Origin: Bacteroidota bacterium
Lineage (GTDB): Bacteria > Bacteroidota > Bacteroidia > Bacteroidales > CAIXZF01
Direction of reading: 5' to 3'
Assembly (NCBI GenBank): GCA_037132075.1
Contig: JBAXPV010000009.1
Location: 45,168-109,167 of the forward strand
DNA length: 64,000 nt
A program made the position numbers and the translations under genes. Positions 8,914 through 18,785 of this stretch are shown one piece after another (positions within the stretch are counted from its first letter, which is position 1; every line of letters starts with the position of its first letter). Under the pieces are notes generated by a model, which did no database searches, was not told the origin of the DNA, and saw only the letters and a program-made list of their open reading frames with translations.

Positions 8914-11900
8914 ATGTTGCGAAAACTACTCTTTATTCTTGGCTTTATAATGGCTGGAACGACCTTCGTATTCGCTCAATCAGGGACACTCAAAGGAAAG
9001 ATATTTGACAAGGCGACCAAAGAGCCTATTCCTTTTGCCAATATCGTTGTGGAAGTTAGCGGGGCGCAGGTTGGCGGTGCCACATCTGATTTTGATGGTA
9101 ACTATACGATTAAACCAATTACACCTGGGAAATATGATGTAAAAGCCACATTTATTGGCTTCAAGACGCAATTGACCAAGAGCGTCGTCATCAACTCAGA
9201 CAAGATCACCTTCCTTGACCTTGAAATGGAGGCCAGTTCGGTGAACCTTGAAGTCGTCGAGGTAAAAGACTACAAGGTGCCACTGATATCCAAGGATAAG
9301 ACTTCTACCGGAGGTACTGTGACTTCTGAAGAAATCGCCAAAATGCCAAACCGTTCAGCAGATGCCGTTGCTACCACTGTGGGTGGTGTATTCTCCGCTG
9401 ACGGGGAACGTGGTAGTGTCAGAGGTCAGCGTACTGAAGGTACTGTCATGTACATCGACGGTATCCGCGTCCGTGGATCTAACAACCTTCCTCAGTCCGC
9501 TATCGAGGAAGTCACCGTAATCACAGGAGGACTTCCTGCTCAGTATGGTGATGCTACCGGTGGTGTTATCAACGTTACCACCAAAGGCCCGTCACGTAAA
9601 TTCGGAGCCGGTATTGAGTTAGAGACTTCTACCTTGCTCGACCCTTATGGTCATAACCGCCTCGGTTTTAATATGCAGGGCCCGCTGATCAAAAAGAAAA
9701 AAGAAGCCAACGCTGTTGCCGTTTTGGGATACTTCCTCGCAGGTGACCTTACCTACGACATGGATGGTCGCCCTTCTGCTGTTCAGTTGTATAAAGTTAA
9801 GGATGACGTCCTTAATAATCTGTCAAAGAATCCACTAAGACCAGCAGGTTTGTCAACCGGAGGTACCTATAACAATTCAGATTTTGTCAAAGCATCCGAC
9901 CTGGAACCGATTAAACACACGATCAATACAAATTCTTTCGATTTTAACTTTTCTGCCAAAATCGACGTGAAAACAACTTCTACCATGAACTTGTCTGTTG
10001 GTGGATCTTTGAATAAAAATCAGTATTATGGCTATAGCTTTGCCGGCTCTTTGTTTAACGCAAATAACAATGGTTTTGCCAAAAACTCAACCTATCGGGT
10101 TTTTGTTCGCTTTACCCAGCGTTTCCCAACCGAAAAAGGGAGTAAGTCTCTGATTAAGAATGTGTACTATACTTTCCAGGCTGACTATACCCGTAATCAG
10201 GGTTATTCCATGGATGAGAACTATAAAGACAAACTCTTCAATTATGGTTATGTAGGTAAGTTCACCTCTCATAGAGCCAAAGCTTACGAATTGGGCTCTG
10301 ACACGATGCTAAAACTTAGCAATATATGGGTGCAAAGCGGTTATCGTGATACCTTATACAAATTCACCCCGGGAACTCAGAATCCTGAAATTGCAGCTTA
10401 TGCCTCTTATTACCAGAATTTATTTAAAGACCAGGTGCTCGGTCACCTCCAAAGTCCTGATCAGTACCAATTTGGTGGGGCCTTATTGAACGGGGAACAG
10501 CCTTCGTCTGTTTATGGCCTCTTCTCAAATATTGGAACTCAATATAATGGCTATGCCCATTCTGATAATGCTCAGATCGGAATCAACCTCAATGCCTCCG
10601 CTGACGTAGGAAACCATGCAATCCAATTCGGTATTCAATATGAACAAAGGGATGACCGCTATGTAGGTTATGCCCCGGTTGGCTTATGGCGTCTTATTGA
10701 CCCAAGAACCGGTCTCGTGAACAAACACATCAGCCAGGCCGGTGATAAATGGCATCCTCAGCCTGTCTATGTTGACGGCGTTTTCCAGGATACAGTGAAT
10801 TACCCCGATCTTATCGATCAGTCGAAACAGTCATATTTCGATTATAACCTCAGAAAACAATTAGGTCTCGACCCTCATGGAAGTGATTGGATCGATGTAG
10901 ATAATTATGACCCAAGTACGTTTAACGTAAATATGTTCTCTGCTGATGAGCTCTTAAACTCAGGGAAGTCTTATGTCTCTTATTATGGTTACGACTATAC
11001 AGGTAAAAGACTTAACAAAACCCCGACTTTCGAGGACTTCTTCAATACCAAAGATGCTTATGGCAATTATAAACGGGAAATTGGTGCTTACCGTCCGGTA
11101 TATATTGCTGGTTATATCCAGGATAAATTTGCTTTCAGCGACCTCATCTTTAACGTAGGTCTTCGTGTTGACCGTTTTGACGCGAACCAACTTACCCTGG
11201 TTGACCCATATTTGCTTTATGAAGCAAAAACTGTTAAAGAAGTTAGTGACCTCGGCACTCACCCATCAAATATGGGTAGTAATTATGTGGTTTATGTTGA
11301 CAATCCTGCCAGCCCTACCAAAATTGCCGGTTATCGTAATGGAAGTCAATGGTATACCGCAACAGGTACTGAAATCTCTGACCCTGAAGCTTATGGCCTG
11401 GGTACCAACAACCCACCTTATTTGTTGAACCCTGGTGATAAAACGATCAAGAGATCAACCTTCAGAGATTATGAGCCACAGACGAACTTCCTGCCTCGTA
11501 TCTCTTTCTCATTCCCGATTTCTGATGAAGCATTGTTCTTTGCTCACTATGACGTTCTTACCCAGCGCCCGATGGGAAGCGTAAGATTCGACCCTACTGA
11601 CTATCTTTTCCTTGAGTCACAAGGTCAGAACTTCATTAACAACCCTAACCTGAGATCATCGAAGACTATCGACTATGAGGTTGGATTCCAGCAAAAAATA
11701 TCAGCCAGTTCTTCACTGAATTTCTCCGCCTTCTATCGTGAGATGCGCGATCAAATCCAGATGTACTTCTTCGCTGGCGCTTATCCAAAACCGTATTATT
11801 CATACAATAACATCGACTTTGGAACTGTAAAAGGTCTTATTTTCACTTACGACTTACGCAGAACCGGAAATACACGCGTTCGTGCCAGCTATACCCTTCA

Positions 11901-12546
11901 ATTTGCTGATGGTACGGGTTCCGACGATGCTTCATCAAAAACTCTTGTACTCTCTAACCAGCCTAAACTCAGAAACTTAAGGTCTACATTCCCTGTGAAT
12001 TATGACAGGCGTCACGCCCTGAATATCGTTCTTGATTATCGTTATGATGAAGGTGCAAAATATAATGGGCCAAAATGGAGCCGCACCGTCAACGGCAAGA
12101 CCAAAACCTCCAACATCCTTGAAAATGCAGGGGTATCACTTACTGTCAACGGAGGATCAGGGACGCCCTATTCCCGTTCCAGTAAAGCATATTTCATTGG
12201 TTCGGGCAACTCGATTCTGACAGGTTCTATCAATGGTTCCCGTTTGCCCTGGGCTTTCAGAACCGATGTTAAATTTGATAAAGATATCGCAATAAGCTCC
12301 AAAGTATTCATGAATGTCTACCTCGAAATCCTGAACTTCCTGAACTCTAAAAATATCTTGTCAGTATACTCGGCAACAGGGAATCCTAAAGACGATGGTT
12401 ATCTGGCTTCACCGGAAGCTCAGCCTGATATCGCCATTAAAACAGATTCACAGGCATTCATTGATATGTACCAGATCAGGGTAAATTCTCCTGGTAATTA
12501 CAGCCAGCCCAGAAGAATCAGATTGGGTGTAGCCCTGAATTTTTAA
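8914..12546 (+). CDS. Oversized TonB-dependent-receptor-type outer-membrane protein (carboxypeptidase-regulatory-like domain, plug, long beta-barrel)
   Basis: 1210 aa with signal peptide ...TFVFAQ. CarboxypepD_reg-like segment GTLKGKIFD...DFDGNYTIKPITPGKYDVKATFIGF. Plug-like segment RGQRTEGTVMYIDGIRVRG...YGDATGGVINVTTK. The C-terminus RIRLGVALNF ends in the aromatic residue typical of OMPs. Confidence 0.8.
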   Translation: MLRKLLFILGFIMAGTTFVFAQSGTLKGKIFDKATKEPIPFANIVVEVSGAQVGGATSDFDGNYTIKPITPGKYDVKATFIGFKTQLTKSVVINSDKITFLDLEMEASSVNLEVVEVKDYKVPLISKDKTSTGGTVTSEEIAKMPNRSADAVATTVGGVFSADGERGSVRGQRTEGTVMYIDGIRVRGSNNLPQSAIEEVTVITGGLPAQYGDATGGVINVTTKGPSRKFGAGIELETSTLLDPYGHNRLGFNMQGPLIKKKKEANAVAVLGYFLAGDLTYDMDGRPSAVQLYKVKDDVLNNLSKNPLRPAGLSTGGTYNNSDFVKASDLEPIKHTINTNSFDFNFSAKIDVKTTSTMNLSVGGSLNKNQYYGYSFAGSLFNANNNGFAKNSTYRVFVRFTQRFPTEKGSKSLIKNVYYTFQADYTRNQGYSMDENYKDKLFNYGYVGKFTSHRAKAYELGSDTMLKLSNIWVQSGYRDTLYKFTPGTQNPEIAAYASYYQNLFKDQVLGHLQSPDQYQFGGALLNGEQPSSVYGLFSNIGTQYNGYAHSDNAQIGINLNASADVGNHAIQFGIQYEQRDDRYVGYAPVGLWRLIDPRTGLVNKHISQAGDKWHPQPVYVDGVFQDTVNYPDLIDQSKQSYFDYNLRKQLGLDPHGSDWIDVDNYDPSTFNVNMFSADELLNSGKSYVSYYGYDYTGKRLNKTPTFEDFFNTKDAYGNYKREIGAYRPVYIAGYIQDKFAFSDLIFNVGLRVDRFDANQLTLVDPYLLYEAKTVKEVSDLGTHPSNMGSNYVVYVDNPASPTKIAGYRNGSQWYTATGTEISDPEAYGLGTNNPPYLLNPGDKTIKRSTFRDYEPQTNFLPRISFSFPISDEALFFAHYDVLTQRPMGSVRFDPTDYLFLESQGQNFINNPNLRSSKTIDYEVGFQQKISASSSLNFSAFYREMRDQIQMYFFAGAYPKPYYSYNNIDFGTVKGLIFTYDLRRTGNTRVRASYTLQFADGTGSDDASSKTLVLSNQPKLRNLRSTFPVNYDRRHALNIVLDYRYDEGAKYNGPKWSRTVNGKTKTSNILENAGVSLTVNGGSGTPYSRSSKAYFIGSGNSILTGSINGSRLPWAFRTDVKFDKDIAISSKVFMNVYLEILNFLNSKNILSVYSATGNPKDDGYLASPEAQPDIAIKTDSQAFIDMYQIRVNSPGNYSQPRRIRLGVALNF

Positions 12547-12572
12547 TTTTGAAAATCATTAATTTTTATACA

Positions 12573-15500
12573 ATGAAAATCATTGTCCGATTGTTATTAA
12601 TTGCCTTTCTTGGTATCGTCATAACGGATGTCTCATATGCATACAAGAATCTGGACGCTACACCCAAAGCGCAGATCCCAAAGAATACAACTGCAGGTTG
12701 TGCTCCTGGTGCGGGGTTCGCTGATTTACAGGTAAATAACGTTCGCTGCCGGATTAATACCGGTGGTGATATGTGGTGGGACCTTCAAGGGGTTGCAAAA
12801 TATTTTGTACCTGGAAACACAGAAAAAACATCTATGTATTCTGGCTCCCTTTGGATCGGAGGTCTTGATGTTAATGGTCAGTTAAAGCTTGCTGCCCAGC
12901 GTTACAGAAGTAATGGAAATGATTTTTGGCCTGGCCCGCTTACTATTGATGGTAATGCTTCTATTGAACCTGAGGTATGCGCTCAATATGATAAGCTCTT
13001 CCGAATTAAGAAAGCTGACGTTCAGGAGTTTTTGAAATGGCAAAACGATAAACCTTCTTTCCCAAATTATCAGGTCCCTGAATCGATTAAAAACTGGCCG
13101 GGTAATGGCGACGAATCAAAAGGACAGAGTGCATTTCTGGCTCCGTTTAAAGATGTTAATGAAGATGGTGTGTATAGCTGGGAAGATGGCGATTATCCAT
13201 ATTATGACTTTTCTAATGCCTTGTGCAAAACAGCGATTCCTACCCCTGAGACACAGGCAGGTATCGTAAGAGGTGGTATCCTTGCCGATCAGGTCCTGAA
13301 AGGGGATGAGACGCTATGGTGGGTTTTCAATGACAAAGGAAATATTCATAGTGAAACGGGTGGAAGCCCGATCGGTTTTGAAATCAGGGCTCAGGCTTTT
13401 GGTTTTTCTACCAATGATGAAATCAATAGTATGACATTTTATTCCTATGAAATCATCAACCGTTCAACCTACCGCCTGACCGATACTTATTTCAGCCAGT
13501 GGGTTGATACTGACCTCGGGAATGCCTGGGATGACTATGTCGGATGTGATGTCTTAAGAGGTTTGGGATATTGTTATAATGGAAAAAATGTTGACGGTTC
13601 TGGAAAGGCCGAGGAATATGGCACACAACCTCCTGCTGTTGGTGTTGACTTTTTCCAGGGACCCTATATGGACCCTGATGGATTGGACAATCCAAGATTG
13701 GATGCACAGGACAAACTGATTATTGGTGAAGGGATCAACGGTGTTAACTTTGGTGATGGAATCATAGACAATGAGCGTTTCGGAATGAGGCGTTTTGTTT
13801 ACCATACCAATTGTTCGTCAGGCCCAACCTGTGACCCGAGTAAAGCGCCGGAGTATTATAACCTTCTTCGCGGCATTTGGAAAGATGGTATCAAGATGCG
13901 TTATGGTGGCAATGCACACCCCTCTTCCGGCGCAACAGGTCCGGATTGTGATTTTATGTTCCCAGCAGATTCTGACCCGGTTAACTGGGGCACCGGCGGT
14001 GTTCAGCCTGCTGGTTATATTACCGGCGCCGGAGGAACAGGAATTACCTGGACCGAAGCCAACGTAGGAAACCCACCCAATGACAGACGTTTTATGCAAT
14101 CAGCCGGCCCTTTCGAATTGCTACCCGGTGCTGTAAATTATATTACTGTTGGTATTCCCTGGGCTCGTGCCACTTCCGGCGGCCCATGGGCTTCTGTTAT
14201 GGCACTGAGACTCGTCGATGACAAATGCCAGAAACTGTTTGATAACTGCTTTAAAGTCCTGGAAGGCCCTGACCATCCAGATCTAATCGTTCAGGAACTC
14301 GATAGGGAAATTATTTTGTACCTCAAGAACTATAAAGGTTCAAACAATGAATTTGAAAACTATACAGAATTAGATCCTAATATCATTACTCCTGATAGTG
14401 TTGTGATTTCTGGTGGCGACACTTCTTATGTGCAGCCAGTAAAACAATGGGATAACTTATATCATTTTGAAGGATACCAAATCTTCCAGCTTGTTGATGC
14501 CACAGTGACGGACTTTATGAATCCGGATTTAGCACGTCAGGTTGCCGAGGTTGATATTAAAAACGGGGTGTTGACTGTTATAAACTTCAATTACAATCAG
14601 GAATTGCAAGCCAATGTCCCTGTAAAAATGGTTGATGGAACCGATAAAGGAATCAGTCATTCTTTCACAATTAATGAAGATCAGTTTGCCAGTGGTGACA
14701 AACGGCTCGTAAACCATAAGCAATATTACTTTGTTGCAGTGGCATATGGGTTTAATAACTACATGACCTATTCTGAAGACCCGAACGTTAAAGACGGATT
14801 GAAAGGGCAGAAAAAGCCTTACCTCATTGGCCGTAAACAGCCTAAAGTCGCTACTGGTATTCCTCATATAACAAGTATGGAAGCCAATGGCACTGAAATC
14901 CATTCTATTTATGGCGCAGGTCCAAAGATTACCAGGGTTGAAGGCCAGGGTAACGGTGGAATGGCTCTTGAATGGTCAAAAGAAAGCGTTGATGCCCTGA
15001 TGGCCCAGACTGATACTCCTTTCATCCTGAGAAATCCTGTTTATGCGAATAATAAAGGACCAGTGAATATCAAGGTGATCGATCCCCTTAATGTCAAGAA
15101 AGCTGACTATAAACTTAAGTTTGTTGTTGGTGCCGGTGGCGTTAGCAGAGCTAATTGGATTTTATATGAAAATGTGGGCGGTACTGATGTGATTGTTGAT
15201 ACCTCGCTCGTCAATATTTCTGTTGATAATGAACAACTCATTCTGGAGAGAGGCATTTCTGTACAAATTAGTCAGACTTACAACCCTGGTGATGATAATG
15301 CCATAAACAACGGATATGTTGAGTCCTCAATTTCGTTTGCAGATAGTTCTGAGATTTGGCTGACTTCTGTTCCTGATATCGATAGCCCCGGGCCTTGGAA
15401 CTGGATCCGTTCAGGTGTTCTTGATGATAAAGACATTCCGGACAACAACGACTGGAATATGCCGACAAAACCTTGGGATGCCGGCGAATTCTTTGAAAAA

Positions 15501-16691
15501 ATGGTTGGGCGTACCTGGGCTCCTTATAACCTCACTGCTCTGAGTAGTCAGGATGGTGGCACAGGTCCGGCATACAGTTATCCTTCAAAGTACCAATACA
15601 AAATGTCGGATTTGGCAAGTGTTAATATTGTCATTACCGCTGATAAATCTAAATGGACTCGCTGTCCTGTTATTGAGATGTGTCCTGATAAGTCATTGGC
15701 TGAAGGAAGTAAAGAACGCTTTGACGTTAGGTCTGCACCTTCTGTTGATAAGGACGGCAAATCAAACCCTGGCGGAAGTGTTAGCACCGATCCCAATGAC
15801 CCTAATTTCATTAGCACAACTGGTATGGGTTGGTTCCCGGGATATGCAATCAACCTTGAGACAGGTGAAAGGCTCAATATGATGTTTGGCGAAGATTCCT
15901 GGCTGGTTTCTGAAAACGGTCGTGATATGTTATGGAATCCAACAGATATGGATCCTAACGCTCCTTACCTTAGCAAGCATTTCCTTAATCCTATGGGAAA
16001 AGCCATTTTCGGAGGTAAGCATTATGTATATGTAATGGCTCATACTTATGGTGTTGATCCAACAGCTCCTGTAAATGTGGATTGCCCATCCTATGACTTT
16101 GGTCAATGGGTTCGTGGCATTATCGAAGATGCAAATTTCAGGATTTATGGCTACCTCAGTGCTATGTATGTGAACATTCCAATGGCAGTGACCAATAAAC
16201 CCTGGTTAGGCAATGATGCTACTGTTCGTATTCGTGTTACCAAACCTTATGCGCAGCATTTCTCCACTGCGCAGCAAGATGCTTTAAGTCCTGAGAATAA
16301 CAACTGGCCTTTGTATACTTTCTCAACGGGTGATATCGCTACAATCACGCAAAGCAACCCCGTCGCGAAGTCAGCTCTGGATATTATAAATATTGTGCCG
16401 AACCCTTATTATGCATTCTCTGCATATGAAACTGATCAGCTTGATAACAGGGTTAAAATAACAAACCTGCCTGAGCAATGTACTATTTCAATTTATACGG
16501 TCAATGGAACCTTGGTTCGTAAGATCACCAAAGATGCGTCGATAACTTCTGTAGATTGGGATTTGAAAAATTCAGCAGGTATTCCTATTGCTGGTGGTGT
16601 ATATATTATCCATGTTAATGCACCGGGCATCGGAGAGAAAGTGATTAAATGGTTCGGTTCATTACGACCAGTCGATTTGAATGCATTCTAA
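12573..16691 (+). CDS. Giant secreted protein of unknown function with a T9SS/FlgD-Ig-like C-terminal beta-sandwich
   Basis: 1372 aa from ATG 12573 (the ORF track starts at TTG 12549). Signal peptide MKIIVRLLLIAFLGIVITDVSYA with no lipobox Cys. The N-terminal ~560 aa carry blocks LWIGG, DFWPGPL, WVDTDLGNAWDDYVGCD and PPAVGVDFFQGP, which I recall from uncharacterised FCB-group proteins. The last ~100 aa, IVPNPYY...ISIYTVNGTLVRK...GGVYIIHV, resemble a sorting domain. Confidence 0.7.
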   Translation: MKIIVRLLLIAFLGIVITDVSYAYKNLDATPKAQIPKNTTAGCAPGAGFADLQVNNVRCRINTGGDMWWDLQGVAKYFVPGNTEKTSMYSGSLWIGGLDVNGQLKLAAQRYRSNGNDFWPGPLTIDGNASIEPEVCAQYDKLFRIKKADVQEFLKWQNDKPSFPNYQVPESIKNWPGNGDESKGQSAFLAPFKDVNEDGVYSWEDGDYPYYDFSNALCKTAIPTPETQAGIVRGGILADQVLKGDETLWWVFNDKGNIHSETGGSPIGFEIRAQAFGFSTNDEINSMTFYSYEIINRSTYRLTDTYFSQWVDTDLGNAWDDYVGCDVLRGLGYCYNGKNVDGSGKAEEYGTQPPAVGVDFFQGPYMDPDGLDNPRLDAQDKLIIGEGINGVNFGDGIIDNERFGMRRFVYHTNCSSGPTCDPSKAPEYYNLLRGIWKDGIKMRYGGNAHPSSGATGPDCDFMFPADSDPVNWGTGGVQPAGYITGAGGTGITWTEANVGNPPNDRRFMQSAGPFELLPGAVNYITVGIPWARATSGGPWASVMALRLVDDKCQKLFDNCFKVLEGPDHPDLIVQELDREIILYLKNYKGSNNEFENYTELDPNIITPDSVVISGGDTSYVQPVKQWDNLYHFEGYQIFQLVDATVTDFMNPDLARQVAEVDIKNGVLTVINFNYNQELQANVPVKMVDGTDKGISHSFTINEDQFASGDKRLVNHKQYYFVAVAYGFNNYMTYSEDPNVKDGLKGQKKPYLIGRKQPKVATGIPHITSMEANGTEIHSIYGAGPKITRVEGQGNGGMALEWSKESVDALMAQTDTPFILRNPVYANNKGPVNIKVIDPLNVKKADYKLKFVVGAGGVSRANWILYENVGGTDVIVDTSLVNISVDNEQLILERGISVQISQTYNPGDDNAINNGYVESSISFADSSEIWLTSVPDIDSPGPWNWIRSGVLDDKDIPDNNDWNMPTKPWDAGEFFEKMVGRTWAPYNLTALSSQDGGTGPAYSYPSKYQYKMSDLASVNIVITADKSKWTRCPVIEMCPDKSLAEGSKERFDVRSAPSVDKDGKSNPGGSVSTDPNDPNFISTTGMGWFPGYAINLETGERLNMMFGEDSWLVSENGRDMLWNPTDMDPNAPYLSKHFLNPMGKAIFGGKHYVYVMAHTYGVDPTAPVNVDCPSYDFGQWVRGIIEDANFRIYGYLSAMYVNIPMAVTNKPWLGNDATVRIRVTKPYAQHFSTAQQDALSPENNNWPLYTFSTGDIATITQSNPVAKSALDIINIVPNPYYAFSAYETDQLDNRVKITNLPEQCTISIYTVNGTLVRKITKDASITSVDWDLKNSAGIPIAGGVYIIHVNAPGIGEKVIKWFGSLRPVDLNAF

Positions 16692-16731
16692 GAAAACACG
16701 AAACATATTGTTAATATCAATATAAGAAAAG

Positions 16732-17799
16732 ATGAACAAGAATTTTAACTATATACTTGCACTCACATTGACTGCTGCGCTTTGTTTCCCTGTTCTGCAT
16801 GGCTTTGCGGGCAATAAGGACCGTTCCGGCTCTGCAGGCGCCTCAGAATTGCTCATCAATCCCTGGGCAAGGGGCAGCGGACTCGGAAATAGCAATGTTG
16901 CCAATGTTAAAGGACTGGAAGCAGGCTTTAACAATGTAGCGGGCTTTTCCTTTACACAGCAGACCGAGTTGAATTTTTCCCATACCGATTGGTTTCATGG
17001 TAGCGGTATTGCCGTCAATAACTTCGGATTGGCTCAAAGGATCAGTGAATCCAGCGTTATAGGATTTTCTATTATGTCAATGAAGTTTGGTGATATCCAA
17101 AAAACAACGGTTGAAAGTCCTGACCCTTCCTTAGGCAGTATCGGAACATTTACCCCTTCCTTGTTAAATATTGCACTGTCGTACTCGAAAGCTTTCTCTA
17201 ACAGTATTTATGGAGGAATTACTTTCCGGGTCATCAACGAAGCGGTGTCCGATATGTCAGCTCAAGGTGTCGCTCTGGATGCTGGAATTCAATATGTAAC
17301 AGGAGAAACTGAAAACATCCATTTTGGCATTTCGTTAAAGAATGTTGGCCCTACAATGAAGTTTAAAGGTGACGGTCTGTCTTTCAGAGGTTATATTCCC
17401 GGGAAGTCAACTCAGTTTACCGTTGAACAACGTTCAGCTCAGTATGAGTTACCTGCTCAGTTGAATATCGGAATTGCCTATGACATTAAATTGGCTGAAA
17501 TGCACAAACTTACCATCAGTGGCGCTTTCGTTTCTAATTCATTTTCAAAAGACAATTTCGACCTGGGTGCCGAATACAGTCTTGGAAACTACCTGATGCT
17601 CAGAGCTGCTTATACCTACGAGCAAGGCCTTTGGACTACTGAAGAAAGAACAACGGCTTTCACTGGCCCTAGTGCAGGATGCACTGTCCAGGTCCCATTT
17701 AATAAAGAAAAAGGATCATCTTTTGCAGTTGACTATTCATACCGTACAACAAATCCTTTTGGTGGGAATCATTGTATTGGTATAAGAGTTAATTTGTAA
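16732..17799 (+). CDS. PorV/PorQ-family (FadL-like) outer-membrane beta-barrel protein
   Basis: 355 aa with a signal peptide. The N-terminal segment GSAGASELLINPWARGSGLGNSNVANVKGLEAGFNNVAGFSF resembles the PorV/PorQ family signature. Alternating beta-strand pattern throughout. 40 nt downstream of the giant protein gene. Confidence 0.6.
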   Translation: MNKNFNYILALTLTAALCFPVLHGFAGNKDRSGSAGASELLINPWARGSGLGNSNVANVKGLEAGFNNVAGFSFTQQTELNFSHTDWFHGSGIAVNNFGLAQRISESSVIGFSIMSMKFGDIQKTTVESPDPSLGSIGTFTPSLLNIALSYSKAFSNSIYGGITFRVINEAVSDMSAQGVALDAGIQYVTGETENIHFGISLKNVGPTMKFKGDGLSFRGYIPGKSTQFTVEQRSAQYELPAQLNIGIAYDIKLAEMHKLTISGAFVSNSFSKDNFDLGAEYSLGNYLMLRAAYTYEQGLWTTEERTTAFTGPSAGCTVQVPFNKEKGSSFAVDYSYRTTNPFGGNHCIGIRVNL

Positions 17800-17839
17800 A
17801 AATTTGAGAATTTAAATAATTACAGTATTTTTGCCTCCG

Positions 17840-17867
17840 AAGAAGGCCCTTGAAAAAGGGTCTTCTT
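17840..17867 (+). terminator. Stem-loop terminator closing the 8914-17799 gene trio
   Basis: AAGAAGGCCCT-tgaaaa-AGGGTCTTCTT forms an 11-bp stem with one G-U pair, followed by AATTTATT. Confidence 0.55.
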
Positions 17868-17896
17868 AATTTATTGTCTGAAAATCAATAATAACC

Positions 17897-18373
17897 ATGT
17901 CGCAAATCAGGTATTATACCGCTGAAGGCCTACAGAAATTGAGTGAGGAAGTAACCCATCTTATTATGGTGGAACGGCCTTATATTTCTCAGCAAATTGC
18001 TGAAGCCAGGGATAAAGGTGATCTCTCGGAAAATGCCGAGTATGACGCTGCCAAAAACGCCCAGGGAATGTTGGAGATGAAGATTTCCAAACTCCAGGCT
18101 ATCATCAGCAATGCCCGTCTGATCGATGAATCTAAAATCGATGAGTCTAAAGTTTTAATACTTTCTAAGGTTAAAATCAGGAACCTTAAGAACAATATGG
18201 AGATGACCTATACCTTGGTCCCTGAAAATGAGGCTGAAGTTAAATCCGGGAGGATATCAGTAAATTCACCGATAGCCCAAGGATTGCTGGGGAAATCTGT
18301 TGGCGATAAGGTTGAAATTCAGGTCCCTGCCGGTATAGTTCCTTTTGAAATCATTGAAATTTCCAGGCTGTAA
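17897..18373 (+). CDS. greA: Transcription elongation factor GreA
   Basis: 158 aa. The coiled-coil N-domain carries DLSENAEYDAAK, and the size fits GreA. Confidence 0.92.
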   Translation: MSQIRYYTAEGLQKLSEEVTHLIMVERPYISQQIAEARDKGDLSENAEYDAAKNAQGMLEMKISKLQAIISNARLIDESKIDESKVLILSKVKIRNLKNNMEMTYTLVPENEAEVKSGRISVNSPIAQGLLGKSVGDKVEIQVPAGIVPFEIIEISRL

Positions 18374-18375
18374 TC

Positions 18376-18771
18376 ATGGCAACGATATTCACTAAAATTG
18401 TAAAAGGCGAGATTCCTTGCTACAAGCTTGCTGAGGATGATAATTTTTTGGCTTTTCTCGACATCAACCCCTTGGCGAAAGGCCATGCCCTTGTGATCCC
18501 TAAAAATGAAGTAGATTATATTTTTGATATAGAAAGTCCACTTTATAACGACTTATGGGCCTTTGCCAAAAAAGTGGCCCTTGCTGTAAAACAAGTCATG
18601 CCCTGTGAAAAGATTGGGATTGCTGTGATTGGTCTCGAAGTAGCCCATGCACATATCCACCTGGTGCCGATCAACAAAGTTTCTGATCTTGATTTTTCCC
18701 GGCCGAAGCTAAATCTCGAGGCAGCGGAATTGGCACAAATTGCCTCCCGGATCTCTGCTGCTATCAAATAA
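18376..18771 (+). CDS. HIT-family (histidine triad) nucleotide hydrolase
   Basis: 131 aa with histidine triad HAHIHLVP. It starts 2 nt after the greA stop. Confidence 0.88.
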   Translation: MATIFTKIVKGEIPCYKLAEDDNFLAFLDINPLAKGHALVIPKNEVDYIFDIESPLYNDLWAFAKKVALAVKQVMPCEKIGIAVIGLEVAHAHIHLVPINKVSDLDFSRPKLNLEAAELAQIASRISAAIK

Positions 18772-18785
18772 AAGTTTAAGTACGT

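Noticed and set aside
8914-12546. Whether the 1210-aa barrel is a SusC-type PUL transporter.
   Set aside because: No SusD-like lipoprotein follows it. The downstream gene has no lipobox and is far larger than SusD, and no glycoside hydrolases or regulators are nearby.
12573-16691. Whether the 1372-aa protein upstream of the PorV-like gene is the T9SS sortase PorU (porU-porV are classically adjacent).
   Set aside because: I see no gingipain/C25-type His...Cys catalytic dyad context. The few Cys residues occur in paired, disulfide-like positions. The N-terminal blocks resemble a different, uncharacterised family. This remains to be confirmed by HMM search.
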